The notes beneath the pieces were generated by a model that ran no database searches, was not told the DNA's origin, and saw only the letters and a list, made by a program, of their open reading frames with translations. Source: Lama glama (taxonomy: Eukaryota). Taken from it: a stretch of 64,000 nt of DNA. The stretch is from positions 77,564,001-77,628,000 of the forward strand of contig CM052817.1 of the NCBI GenBank assembly GCA_028534125.1, given 5' to 3'. How positions within the stretch are numbered: the stretch's first letter is position 1; each line of letters starts with the position of its first letter. The translations under genes and the position numbers were made by a program. Positions 1 through 11,715 of the stretch are shown one piece after another.

Positions 1-103
1 CCAGGTATGACTTGGATTTGCCTGTTAAGGACAGCATGATGCTTTAGGTCTCTCTGGGAATACATCTTTCCTTTCTGTGATCTCACAGCGATTGAAGTAA
101 AGT

Positions 104-221
104 GGGGATATATATAGCTCAGTGGTATAGTGCATATTTAGCATGCGCACGGTCCTGGGTTCATAGCATGCTCATGGTCCTGGGTTCAATCTCCAGTACC
201 TCCATTAAAAAAAAAAAAAAA
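104..221 (+). mobile_element. tRNA-Ala-derived SINE (camelid vic-1-like) with an internal 25-nt duplication
   Basis: GGGGA..TAGCTCAGTGG A-box, TAGCATGC anticodon-arm-like segment, GGTTCAATC B-box, CAGTACCTCCA end and poly(A) tail. Confidence 0.85.
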
Positions 222-532
222 GAAAAGAAAAAGTGCCTGACTCAGGAAGGTGGGAAGGAAGAACCAAAAATGGCTTCTTACCATTGTTTACCTAACAGTG
301 CCTTCCAAACAGGAGTTTACCCCTTATCTCATGGTTACCTTGAGCTTCTCAAGAAGACCAGAATAGAATCAGGTAGAAGCAGATAGTCCTTGGACTCATG
401 CAAACCTGCTAACAGAATGGACATGTGAAACTTTCAGTGTTCTATTTATCAGTGGCAGTAACCTAATTTAAAGTTGGTTAGGAATCCCTGTTCTCTCTGT
501 AGAATGACATCACTGGATTATTATTTTTTTTT

Positions 533-1032
533 NNNNNNNNNNNNNNNNNNNNNNNNNNNNNNNNNNNNNNNNNNNNNNNNNNNNNNNNNNNNNNNNNNNN
601 NNNNNNNNNNNNNNNNNNNNNNNNNNNNNNNNNNNNNNNNNNNNNNNNNNNNNNNNNNNNNNNNNNNNNNNNNNNNNNNNNNNNNNNNNNNNNNNNNNNN
701 NNNNNNNNNNNNNNNNNNNNNNNNNNNNNNNNNNNNNNNNNNNNNNNNNNNNNNNNNNNNNNNNNNNNNNNNNNNNNNNNNNNNNNNNNNNNNNNNNNNN
801 NNNNNNNNNNNNNNNNNNNNNNNNNNNNNNNNNNNNNNNNNNNNNNNNNNNNNNNNNNNNNNNNNNNNNNNNNNNNNNNNNNNNNNNNNNNNNNNNNNNN
901 NNNNNNNNNNNNNNNNNNNNNNNNNNNNNNNNNNNNNNNNNNNNNNNNNNNNNNNNNNNNNNNNNNNNNNNNNNNNNNNNNNNNNNNNNNNNNNNNNNNN
1001 NNNNNNNNNNNNNNNNNNNNNNNNNNNNNNNN
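533..1032. other. Assembly gap (500 N)
   Basis: Run of exactly 500 N. Confidence 1.
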
Positions 1033-1110
1033 TTTCACATGTTGAAGTATTTTTGATGTGTTTGTGGAGGGAAGGTGAGCTGTGCGACCTCCTGCTTGGC
1101 CAACTCGATC
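1033..1110 (-). mobile_element. 5' end of an L1 LINE cut by the gap
   Basis: Reverse complement ...cagctcaccttccctccacaaacacatcaaaaatac resembles the laurasiatherian L1 5'UTR start and resembles 16930-16990. Confidence 0.6.
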
Positions 1111-2772
1111 CCTGCTTTACCCTACTGCTTTCTATTGTGGTACTAAGGTCATGGGTTTACCTCATGTCATGTAATATTTGACTCCCTGCCTACCTTGCAG
1201 CCCAGGTGAGGAGCCCCCATTTGCAGGCTTTCCAAAAGAAAGTTAATTGCAGATAATTGGCCCCAGATATGTCTAGTTGATAGAATACCACAAGGGACTT
1301 TGGCTCCTAAATGAAGTGAAGCAAATTTTCATCTCATTGAAAAAAACAATGTTGCCAAAGTGCTCCTTTTTAGGCTTGGTAGAAGTAATATTGCAGAAAT
1401 CAAGAACGTGTTAATGGTTTTAGGAAAAGTATCAATTGGCTTTGCTATACCTTTTATGAATAGCTTTATCTCCTTGCCACAGAGAATCACACTTTGTGGG
1501 GAGACTGCCATAACTGTGTATGTTCATTGTAGATAATTTTGAATATACAGCCAAGTAAAAAGAAAAGTAAAAATTGTTCAAGATGTCATCTCCCAGGGTA
1601 ATTAGAGCTAGTGTTTATGTATGTTTATTTATAGGTGTAAGTACATGCACCATTCATTTATATAAAATATACATTTTACGTAAATAGATGGGATCATACT
1701 ATATGTACTAGTTTGTAAACGCTTTAAAAATTAACAACTGTCTTAAAGTTTTCTCATTTTATTAAATATTCTTCTATATCATTAAGAAATTTTTAAAAAT
1801 TGTAGGTTAATGAGCAGTCAGTGCAGGTAACTTAGAAAAAGGCATAAAGAAAAAATTTAATTGAGGACTCATAATCCCACCAACTGAAGATAATTACTAT
1901 AGTGTTTATGTACAGTTCCTCTACTTTTAAGTATATGTGTATGTTTGTACACAGCTGCACATACGTATGTGTGTATTTTCATATGTTCCTATGTGCACAT
2001 ATGTGTATAATATGTATGTATATACATTATGTTTGTATATGAATACATAGGTATGTATTTGTGTTTACTCACATATGTGTATGTATAGAGACCCACACAC
2101 ATCTTCATTTGATCAGATTTGTATTTTAAAGGGCTTCGTTTGGCACCAAATATAGGGAGGATTTGAGGGACATATCTGGAAGAGAAGGATAATTAAATAT
2201 TACTGTAACCTTGCTGAGAAATGAGGACTGAAAATAAGATGGTGAAATGAGATTGGAGAAGAGATAATCACAGATATTTGGGAATGCCCTGATGGTATCA
2301 GAGACTAGCATAGCAAACAGGACGGCAGATAACACCTGTACCGGGTGAATATGGTATCTCCCAGGGGCATCAGGGCACTGCATTCTCTTTTCAGCTGGCT
2401 CGTCTGTATGGGAGACCAACCTTTGAAATACAGATAAAGTCCCTAAACAACGTCAGTCAATCAGACGTTGAAATTTGCCCCTAGTGAATGTTTCTATACC
2501 CTTTTCAGTAGGAATTTGCTTCTTCAGACATCTCCCTGTTAAGGAGACAGATTAATTTAAATAGAACCGTTCTCTTTAGTAACTTAAATTGCCTTGTGCT
2601 GTCTATTTTTTTGTTCATCCATTCTTCCTCCCATCCATCCTTCTGTAACAATAAGTTGAGTAAGCATAATTTATGGAGTTTAACTAAAATGCAAATTCAT
2701 TTTTGTCTTTATCTTTCACTGGGAGTTCTTTTTCCTGTGCCTGTAGACCATTCAAGTAATAAAACCTCCTAT

Positions 2773-2890
2773 CAGGGTCTCCAAGTTGCACAACTCTAGG
2801 GGGCACCATGTGCATTGTAATCTTTGTAAATGAGTCTCCTGGAGCCCAGCTCCCAGATTATGATAGGAATGGTGCCGCTGGAGTTTTTCA
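2773..2890. mobile_element. MER91-like hAT DNA-transposon relic
   Basis: gcacaactctagggggcaccat core with inverted atggtgccgctggagtt counterpart; family name from recall. Confidence 0.5.
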
Positions 2891-3492
2891 ACATGGCCTT
2901 GAGTCTTAAGGTCACTTTAATATCAAAGTCATACTTTTAATTCAGTATTTAGAAATGTTTTATTGACTATATTAAAGAATACTTTGCTCTTCACTCACTT
3001 AAGATTTCTCCTCCCCACCCCTCTCCATTCTAGGGTCTGGCTGCAGGCACACCAGCAGTCTTCAGGGAAGAGTTGCTCTAATCCTTCTTGCTTGACCCTC
3101 TAGGATTGGGCGGTTGGGAGGAAGGTGGAGAGGTGGGGCCTGTCTGATTGCCCCGGCCCTCAGTCTAACTTTCCATAGGTAGTAGTGCCTACATTCAGGT
3201 GGCACTCCATTGCCCCTTCACTTCTGCCTTGCACCAGTTTTTCCCAAAGCCCCTTACTCCTAGGTTGTCTTCAAACTTCTCAGACCTTCAAACCTTCTTG
3301 GACAGGATACCTTTTTAAGTGACCCTAGGTGGATGTTCCTACCACTAGTTTTCATCTAGTACTCTAGAATTCCCATACTTTTGACCCATTATTAGAGAAG
3401 AGTGCAGTACCTTTCTAGTCTCTGACCATATCCTGCTGTTGCTTTAGCAGGTACAGATGAGGGTCAGACGTTATTACCTTGTGCCCCTCAAT

Positions 3493-3675
3493 CAGGACTG
3501 GGACTTCGGTGGAGGTAGTGAGACATTCACCTTGAGTGCAGAATTACAGAGGGTGCCAAAAAACTCAGCAATCAAGATGAACAATATTTTAATGAAATAT
3601 TCTTTAAAAAATAAATAGTAATGCAAAAAAAGCATGAGAAATAAGATCAGAATTCTAAATAAAGACAGGATTAGT
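3493..3675 (+). mobile_element. hAT-type non-autonomous DNA-transposon relic (family uncertain)
   Basis: cagg..gggact..gtgag..gagggtgccaaaaaactcagcaatcaagat..ataaagacaggat resembles a recalled eutherian MER consensus. Confidence 0.5.
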
Positions 3676-5421
3676 GCAGAAGATACTCACTGAGTTCTGT
3701 GACTGCCTTGAGGTGCTTTGCAAGCAACCCTCATCATTGTTCCCCCATCTTTCTTTCTAGTGAAATAATCCTCAAAAATTCTCTCAGTTTCCATCATCTT
3801 TTTTATCTATGTTGAAATTTAGGCTCTGTGTTCTAACAGCTCACTTTGAAATGTGTTTTGTTTTGTATATTGTTGCATCAGTCAAATTATAGTTGCATCA
3901 GTTTAAATTATAGTTACCCATCTACCCATCCACCCACTCATCAATCCAATCATTCATTTATGTGAATGAAGGAGAAAAAAGACAATCCTCAAATGCTAAT
4001 GATTAATTCATTTTAAGAGATGGTTGTGAATGACTGTTAAATGAAAATATTTGCAGTTACAAAGGGAATACTAAATTGGTATGCCTCACTAAGTAGGCCC
4101 TGAGCACAAATGGGTATGTAAAATTGAAGGAAGCCGCATTCTACTTTCCTGTTAGAAATGTCCCATAGAAAGTTGTCATGTGACCAACTCCTCTGTTCTG
4201 CTTACATTCCCTCCTGTGTAGTGTCAGCTCTTGTGACCTGTTCTGAAACAGCTCATTCCACAGTTTCTGATCAGTTTGTTAGTGTAAACAGAGACCTTCA
4301 GAAGTAGAATGGTGAGCCTGCTCTTGTTCAGAGAAAAATTAAGGGCCCTTCAAGCTAGTGGATTGTTAGCTCCTTTGTAGTGTTTGTATTACCCTTTGGC
4401 TGCCTTGGAGGTAGCTGTTAACAAAGGATTAAGTCAAACCTTCTATCAAGGAATACAAATATGCATGTCATTGTAGGCATTGAGTATTTTTTTGTTGTTG
4501 AAATTTATCTTAAAAGTTTTTCTTTTAAAGCTGATTTATTAAAGGGGTAATTTTGTCAGTAAATATTTGTTGTCTGTGTAGCTTACTTTATACAGAGCAG
4601 TTGGCTCCAGTGATTTTGAGTGGTCAAAGATAATTCTCTAAAATCAGTTCAGGCACCTTCAGCCTATTTGTGTAACCAGGTACAAATTAGTGAGTTTCCT
4701 TCTTGAGTCCAACTGCAAGGTGTTGTTCTGTAAATTGTTCAGTTGTCAGCTCTAGTTGCCTTGTCAGTTGAATGACCCTGTTCCATAAGCACAGCCTATA
4801 ATACATTTGGCCTAATAAACTAAATAAACTAAACTGTAACATGCTGGCCACAGAAAGATGCATTTTATAGAACGATTCCTGCTTGGAAGAGAATAATTGA
4901 GATTTGAAGTAATTATAATCTTAAAAGTTGTCTTAGCCCAAGGCATATGACCTCTAAGACCCCAAATGCCAAAATCTTACTGTGTAAAAATGATCTATAT
5001 AATTAAAAAGACACATAAATTAAATTGAATTTTACACTATGATGTTTTCCTAAAATATACTGTCTAAAGAGTTCTTGCAAATCAGTTCCTGCTGGTAAAT
5101 AATTGACCATATTTAAATCTAATTACAATAGCCCTCCTACAGTGAAAGGCTGACTTGTTCAAAAAATGATTTGGGGCCCAATGACACCAGGGAATCTATG
5201 GCCTCATTGCTGGAAGTGAGCAGAAGGTCAGTGAAAATGAACACATATTATGAAGTCCACATTTCTAACAAATATTTCATAAAGAATAAAATGGGAATTC
5301 AAGAAACATTAATATTTTTATTGACATTAGCATTGATATGAAAAAGTACATTTTGCATATATATTTATTTGCAACCAAATAAATCCCATTTTAGTCCCTT
5401 CTAGTTTAAAAAGTAGAGTAG

Positions 5422-5820
5422 TGTGGTAGCAGACCTATCCCACTGGTGCTCACTGTTCCTGAGAAGCCCTGATGGCATCTGCTGTAAGGACCTGAGGTGC
5501 TTTCCTCTAAAGAAGCAGGCCTAGTCCCTGCGGGCAGGACATGCTGGAAATGCCAGGGAATCCAAGCCACCAGGAGCAGCCCACAACTAGTAATAGACAG
5601 GAGCTGGTAGATAAATATCTAAGCTTCCTTGCCCTTCAGGTAGGATGACTTTAAGATATGTTCTGGGCAATCTCCAAGAGGTCCCAGTGAAACAGCCTCG
5701 GTTGCTCATGGGAGTGATCTGCTTGTTAACTCACCCTTGTGTGGACTTCTGCCTTTCCCTCCCTGTCTTACTCCCCTACTCCTTTACCAGTGTTTCCTGG
5801 GATAATCTCCCAAATAAGCT
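5422..5820 (+). mobile_element. ERVL LTR (LTR16-like)
   Basis: Starts tgtggtagc; typical 3' portion ttcccctactcc..agtgtttcctgggataatctcccaaataag. Confidence 0.6.
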
Positions 5821-5821
5821 A

Positions 5822-5980
5822 CAGCTGACCCTTAACGACACAGGATTAGGGGAGCAGACCCACTGTGCAGTCAGTTCACTTATAACTTATACTGATGCTC
5901 CGTATTCATGGTTCCTCCATATCCACCATGCCTCCATATCCCTGAATGGATATGGACATCCACGGATTCAGCCAACCTAT
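5822..5980 (+). mobile_element. Tigger2-like (TcMar) DNA-transposon fragment
   Basis: TA then cagctgaccctt..ttagggg..gtgcagtc..ttataactt..catccacggattcagccaacc. Confidence 0.55.
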
Positions 5981-7136
5981 GTGGAAAGACTTAAAGAAAA
6001 TGACATGGCACTTTCCCCAACAAGTGGCCCACCTAGATCACCCTACAGGGAAGTTCACAGTTGACAAGCTCACCAGGCATTTAGTCGTAGGCCTTTAAAA
6101 ATGAGCATTTAGTCAAGGAGACATTTGAAAAAAGTTCTCTAATATGAAAGGTAGAGAGCAAAACAAATAGATGAAATGATTTTAGATTTATTTGGGAGGT
6201 AGAAAGCCTCAAAACTAAAAACAGGAAAATAAGTATAATGAATATCCTCGAAAGTATAAGAGAATATCTCTATCTCTGGAACAAAAACAGGATGCCATGA
6301 AAAATTGAACAGGGAACCAAAAAACAGCTCTTGGAAATTAAAAAGTTTGATGGAAGAAATGGAATAATTAATAAAAGAGGTGATAAAGAAACATTCCAGA
6401 AAATATATGAAAGAGACAAAGAATAATATGTTGCTGGAGGACAAACTGTGCATATAAAACTTGGATTAAAAAGAAACTTTAAAATTGATTTTTAAATAAG
6501 GGGAAATTATAAAATACAAAATATATTTTCAAAGTGACCTATCAATTTGCCTTTCCTAAAACAGTGTACATGACAGTTTCCTTAGACCATATCCTCATTA
6601 ATAAATATTTTCCTGTCGAATTTTGGTAACACTGATTGTGAATGTGTCTGAGGCTGATATCTTCTTCATGAGAAAAGTTTTAAAATAACAATTTAACTTC
6701 TAAAATTATAATAATTTATAGTATACACAATATATGTAATGTAATAATATAGTATATATAACATGTAATATATCTAATAAATGCATAATATATAATAACA
6801 GTATAATTTCTTTATAATAATACTTCACATATTTTGGAAGTTTTTTGAGTCAGTTTTGATAATTTTTTTTCTAGGACGTTTTCTTTTTGTCTATCAAGCT
6901 TTTTCACTAGTATATTTAATCTGCTTGTATTGGTTTTAGTCTTCTCTTCATTTTGTAATGTTGTAGGTCACACCAAAATATATACATATGTGTGTATATA
7001 TGCATATGTAGATGTAGCTCTTTACTACAGAAGTAATGCATGTTTATTGTTAAAAAATAAAAAAAATGCAGATAAGCAAAAGGGAGACAGTAAACTTCAG
7101 TAAGTCCCCCATTTAGGGGTTACATCTATTCACATC

Positions 7137-7602
7137 TATTTTAGGTTGGTACCCTGAAAAACAGACTTGAAGAGAGAGAATTAAGTGCACGGAGTTTCAT
7201 GGGGAGTGCTCTTGGGGAAACACCTGTGAATGAAGGCAGTAGGACTGGGTAGGGGAGAACTCGATCTGCTGTGCAGTAGCAGCGAAGTTCTTGGCCAGTC
7301 CTCTGAGGAGGTCTGGAACTGGAATAGCCTTTCAGAGTTGTCCTCACTTAGAAAAGGGGGCCGGATGTTTGTCCCCCTCACTGGCCAATTGGTAGGATGC
7401 CGCCTGCCCCTGGGAGAGTGTATAACCTTGAGCCAGGCAGCTCCCTTAGGCCCAGGACAGTTTCAGGGGAGGGGCCCAGCTCTGGGTTGGCACTGTCAGC
7501 AGTGAACAGTCCTGACAGCGTGGAGAATGAGTGCCTTTGTGCCTTGGTTCTGCGTGTAAGTAGGGTTGAGGTGGTGGGAGATGACTCTTGTCAGTATACC
7601 AC
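7137..7602 (-). mobile_element. ERVL LTR (LTR16-like)
   Basis: taggttggtaccctgaaaaacagacttga..gagtttcatggggagtgctcttgggga resembles the reverse of an LTR16 3' end. Confidence 0.55.
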
Positions 7603-7609
7603 AGTATCT

Positions 7610-8100
7610 AATAAAATCTACCTCTTGCACTGCTTGGATCAACTTGCTTAATATGCCAAGTTTACCTCATCTGGGAACAGCTCCTCCAGGACCGTGACTG
7701 GTCTCTTTTTCTGGGAAAAAGTGGAAAGTTAGTAGGATGAATTATTAGCCCTATGGTGGTTGCTGTCTTTGGGGTCACAACTGATGCTTATAATCTCTCT
7801 CCTCTATTACCCATTCTAGATTCACCTTGCCCTTAGGGGCTTTCCTTGAGGAGCCCTGGGACCCAGCCCATCATGCCCTTCTCTTGCTATGGCTGCTGCA
7901 CTTACCCATTTTCTTTCAAAATTTGGCAGAGAAATACTAAAAGATGCTCCAGTGGACCATCTGGGTACCAAACATATTTCTTCCTGCTCCCATTGTGTAA
8001 GAGCAACCCAGCCTTCTGCTATTCTGGGTCAGTTCCTCCTGTCAGGATGGTAACTTCTTTCCTTGTCATTGGTCTCTTGGGAAATAGAATTTCTAACTTG
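7610..8100 (-). mobile_element. ERVL internal-region fragment adjacent to the LTR
   Basis: catatttcttcctgctcccattgtgtaagagcaacc..caggatggtaacttctttccttg resembles the degenerate ERVL dUTPase/3' internal region. Confidence 0.5.
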
Positions 8101-8732
8101 CTGTGGCCAGAGTTGAAAGATTGGGAAGTGATAACAACATGGCAACTTCTACTGTTCCTCCGTTCTTATGACTTAGGCAATCACAAATGAATGATTAACT
8201 GGCTGAAATATCATTGATGATTGACTGTGTTGTATATCAAGCTTGTTCAGGGCAAGTAAGAGAGCACTTAGAGGATCCTGCTGAAATAAGCAGATTGCAG
8301 TAAATGCTGTTGGGTTACCTTTGCAATAAAAAGCTCACCTCAGGCATTTTTCCCCCTCATGTAAGAAGATAACAACAACAACAAAACTGATGGATTTCTG
8401 TTTAACTGGGATGTATGGGAGTAGTATGGAGGAAGGAGGCTTGGATGGAGAAAGAGGGGTAGGCAGCATATGTAATGATCATCCCTGAGAAAAACGTCCA
8501 ACTCAGCTGCCCTTGATCTCCACCCGCTTCTGCGGTGGTAGACGCGCACAACGGTTCTCCTCTCTGGACAGTGTAATTAGGGTGTATGTTTCCAGGCCAA
8601 GAAAGACAGCACAGGTGAGATCTACACTGTAATCACCGCTGACCTCTGGGTGGCAGCTCGCACAGGAAGGCCTGCAGTGGCCTCTCAGAGACGGTGACTA
8701 GCCCACTGGGTCCCTTCTCCTGTGACAGCACA

Positions 8733-8950
8733 GTAGTGAGGAGAGCAGGGACTTGGAAGCCAAACCTGTGTTCAGATTCTAGCTATGCCACCTGTAAGCC
8801 ACCCGACTTTTGAGTAAGTAACCTTTCTCTGCCTTGTTTTCTTGTCTAAAAAAATGGGGATGAAATTTTCTACTTAATGAGATTGTTGTAAGAATAAAAT
8901 GAGTTAATGTGTGGAAAGGGCGTGGCACGTAGTTGCTGCTCCATAAACAC
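8733..8950 (+). mobile_element. MIR SINE
   Basis: MIR core gagtaagtaacctttctctgccttgttttcttgtctaaaaaaatgggga, with head and tail motifs. Confidence 0.7.
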
Positions 8951-10194
8951 TGACCGCCATCCCTCCCCTCTGCTAGAAGGCCTTTCTGTAATGCCAACAA
9001 TTGTCCTCCGGTAATTCTGTAGAAAAGGCCTTTTTAGCATGAAATCACCTGCCAGAAGTACCCCAGGACACAGGCCTCACAGCCCTTGGGGGCATCTAAG
9101 GTGCAGGGCTCAGGCCAGAAAGATTTCACTGTGCCTGCGGCAGGGTGGTTGTGAGGGCCTCTCCCTTGCCAGGGAGAGTGGAGCTGTCTTTTCCCTGCGG
9201 AGCTGAAACAGCCCCGTCCTAAGCTGGACTTTACCCAGGTTTAGAGAAGGCTCCAAATTAGAGTAGCAGGGAAGGCCTAGGGCCTAGGGCTGAGCAGGTG
9301 CCTGTCCCTTCCCTAGATTTTGGTTTCTGATGAAAGCACCACTAGCTTCATCTCCTTTCCTAAATCTCCTTTGAAATGCTGCTCTCTCTCTAGACGTGGA
9401 GCAGACTGCAGGCTCAGGGGTGCTTTTTGCCAGAGTCTTCCGCCTGGGCCTTTTCCAAAGCTGGACTGACCCCTTGGTTCTGATCGTGCACAGTGACGGT
9501 CAGACCTCTGGTGCAGCAGCTGTCAGGAATCTTTGCCCTTCCAAATTGCTCCTGGATGTTGATCCAAGCCATCAGGACATATTTAGATGATAAATCAGGA
9601 CGGGCACCTTTGCCCTCTACCCCCAGATCTAGAAACAACGTGGAGAATGACCAGTAAGCAGTATCTGTAACATATAAAATGTCAGCTCTCTTTGCCCCTC
9701 TCAGCCTGTGACATGCCACATCCAATTTGTCTTTATTCCAACTGTGAGAGGACTTAACCTCATTATTCTGGCCTCTTGCAATTAAGTGTTCTCCAAGGAT
9801 ATGATCTATGAGGAGGAGGAGGACTGATAAGGGAGCTAATCTTTCAAAGTCCTGCTTGAGCAATTATAGATAATACAGAAGAAGAGGAAACTCTGGAAAC
9901 CATCATGATGATCCTACTTCTGCCCTGCTGAAACTCAATCTGAAACCTCCCATGTTTTGACTTCTCTCTTCCCTGTATAGATGGAACGTGTTACGCTTTT
10001 GCTGAGATGAAAAATCTAAATAATTAGAGAACAGAATTTTCAGTGAGTTCACTGTCAGATTTCTAGGGATCTCTCTAATAAAAATATTACTGTAATCATT
10101 GAATCATTAGTTAAATGGCTTTGTGTGGCTATGTCTTATTTCTTTTTAATATTGGAATTGTAAGCAGTTAGAAGAAAAGAGCAATGTCTTAGAT

Positions 10195-10346
10195 CAGTGG
10201 TTCTCAAACTTTAGGGTACATCAGAAAAATGGAGGGCTAATAAAAAATTCAGACCCTCAGTAGATCAGGCATGCAGCCCAAGAATTGCATTTTCATCTGC
10301 TGATGCTGATGCTGCTGATCCAGGAACCACACTTTGAAAATTACCG
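10195..10346. mobile_element. MER5A (hAT-Charlie)
   Basis: cagtggttctcaaact terminal inverted repeat; tgatgctgatgctgctgatcc..accacactttga. Confidence 0.7.
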
Positions 10347-10399
10347 ATTTATACAATAAAAGCCTGAACATTTGCAATCTTAGAGAATGGAATTATTTT

Positions 10400-10600
10400 G
10401 CAATGCAAAGTATACCAGATTTGATGTGCGAAGACTTGGGTTCAAGTGACAACTCTGCAGATTACAAGAGGGGAAACGAGTCTCTGAGACTCAGTTTTAT
10501 CATCTGAAAATCAGGAATGAAAATAATGCCTGCATGGCAGCATTGCTGTAAAGGTGAGATAAGGTCATGTATGTGAAAGAGCTTGGTAAATGGCAAAACA
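10400..10600 (+). mobile_element. MIR SINE
   Basis: tctctgagactcagttttatcatctgaaaa core. Confidence 0.6.
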
Positions 10601-10626
10601 CAATCCAAGTTTAATTTATCCTAGAT

Positions 10627-11640
10627 GTACTTTCCACTGTACATGTACTTACCACGTCTTCTGTATCCATTCATCTGTTGATGGACACTTAGGTTGCTTC
10701 CATAGCTTGGCTGTTGTAAATAATAATGCTATGAACATTGGGGTACATGCATCTTTTTGAATTGGTATTTTTGTTTTTTTCTAGTTACATACCAAGGAGT
10801 GGAATTGCTGAATCATATGGTACTATTTTGGGTTTTTATAGAAACCTCCACACTGTTTTCCACGGTGGCTGCACCAATTTACATTCCCACCAATGGTGTA
10901 CAAGTGCTTCCTCTTCTCCATATCGTCATGAACATTTCTTATTTGTGTTCTTCTTGATGGCCCTTCTGACAGGTGTGAAGTGGTATCTCATCTTGGTTTT
11001 AATTTACATTTCCGTGATAATTAGCAATGTTGAATGTCTTTTCATGTGCCTTTTGGCCATCTGCATTTCCTCTTTGGAAAAAAGTCTCTTCAGGTCTTCT
11101 GCTCATTTTTTAATTGCGTTGTTTGTTTTTTTGATGTTGAGTTTTATAAACTATTTACATATATATTAAATATTAATCCATTATCAGTCATATCATTTGC
11201 ACATATTTTCTCCCTTTCAGTAGGTTATCTTTTCTTTGTGTTGATGGTTTCCTTTAACTGTGCAAGAGCTTTTAAGTTTAATTAGTTCCCATTTGTTTGT
11301 TTTTGCTTTTATTTCCTTTGCTTTAGGAGATGGATCCAAAAAATATCTCTGCAATTTGTCAGAGAGTGTTCTGCCTATGTTTTCATCTAGAAGTTTTATA
11401 GTGTCCAGTATTAAATATTTAGGTCTTTAATCCATTTTGAATTTACTTTTGTATATGGTGTTAGAGAATGTTCTAATTTCATTTTTTTTAACATGTAGCT
11501 GTCCAATTTTCCCTGCAATTTTATATTCTTGCCTCCTTTGTTATAGATTGATTGACCATACGTGCATGGATTTATTTCTACGTTCTCTATCCTGTTCTAT
11601 TAATCTGTGTCTGTTTTTGTCCCAATCCCATAGTGTTTTT
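10627..11640 (-). mobile_element. L1 fragment A (3' part of ORF2, no 3'UTR)
   Basis: atccattcatctgttgatggacacttaggttgcttcc.., ggtgtgaagtggtatctcat.. are typical antisense L1 ORF2 C-terminal sequence. Confidence 0.9.
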
Positions 11641-11715
11641 TCCATTAACCTTTTTTAATGCAACCACTTCTTTTGCCTGATTGCATTTTATATACCCTAT
11701 TAAGTGTTTTGTCTT

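Noticed and set aside
104..205. Possible tRNA-Ala gene
   Set aside because: The poly(A) tail, internal duplication and broken cloverleaf indicate a SINE, not a functional tRNA
474..1181. Long ORFs spanning N runs (also 21735-22353 and 44984-45688)
   Set aside because: Artefacts of translating N as X
3872..3915. About 20-bp tandem duplication gttgcatcagt(c/tt)aaattata
   Set aside because: Ordinary slippage duplication with only two units and no spacers
5933..5956. 9-bp hairpin tccatatcc-ctgaat-ggatatgga
   Set aside because: Short, and embedded in the internally repetitive part of a Tigger-like element
9447..9485. 13-nt match (gatcagaaccaag, giving DQNQ..LEKA) between the minus strand here and 18272-18304 on the plus strand
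   Set aside because: Too short, and the similarity does not extend; compatible with chance in 64 kb
9414..9863. 149-aa minus-strand ORF with a tetraspanin-like IPDSCC motif
   Set aside because: No CCG motif, no downstream cysteine or transmembrane helix, and no supporting exons; probably chance
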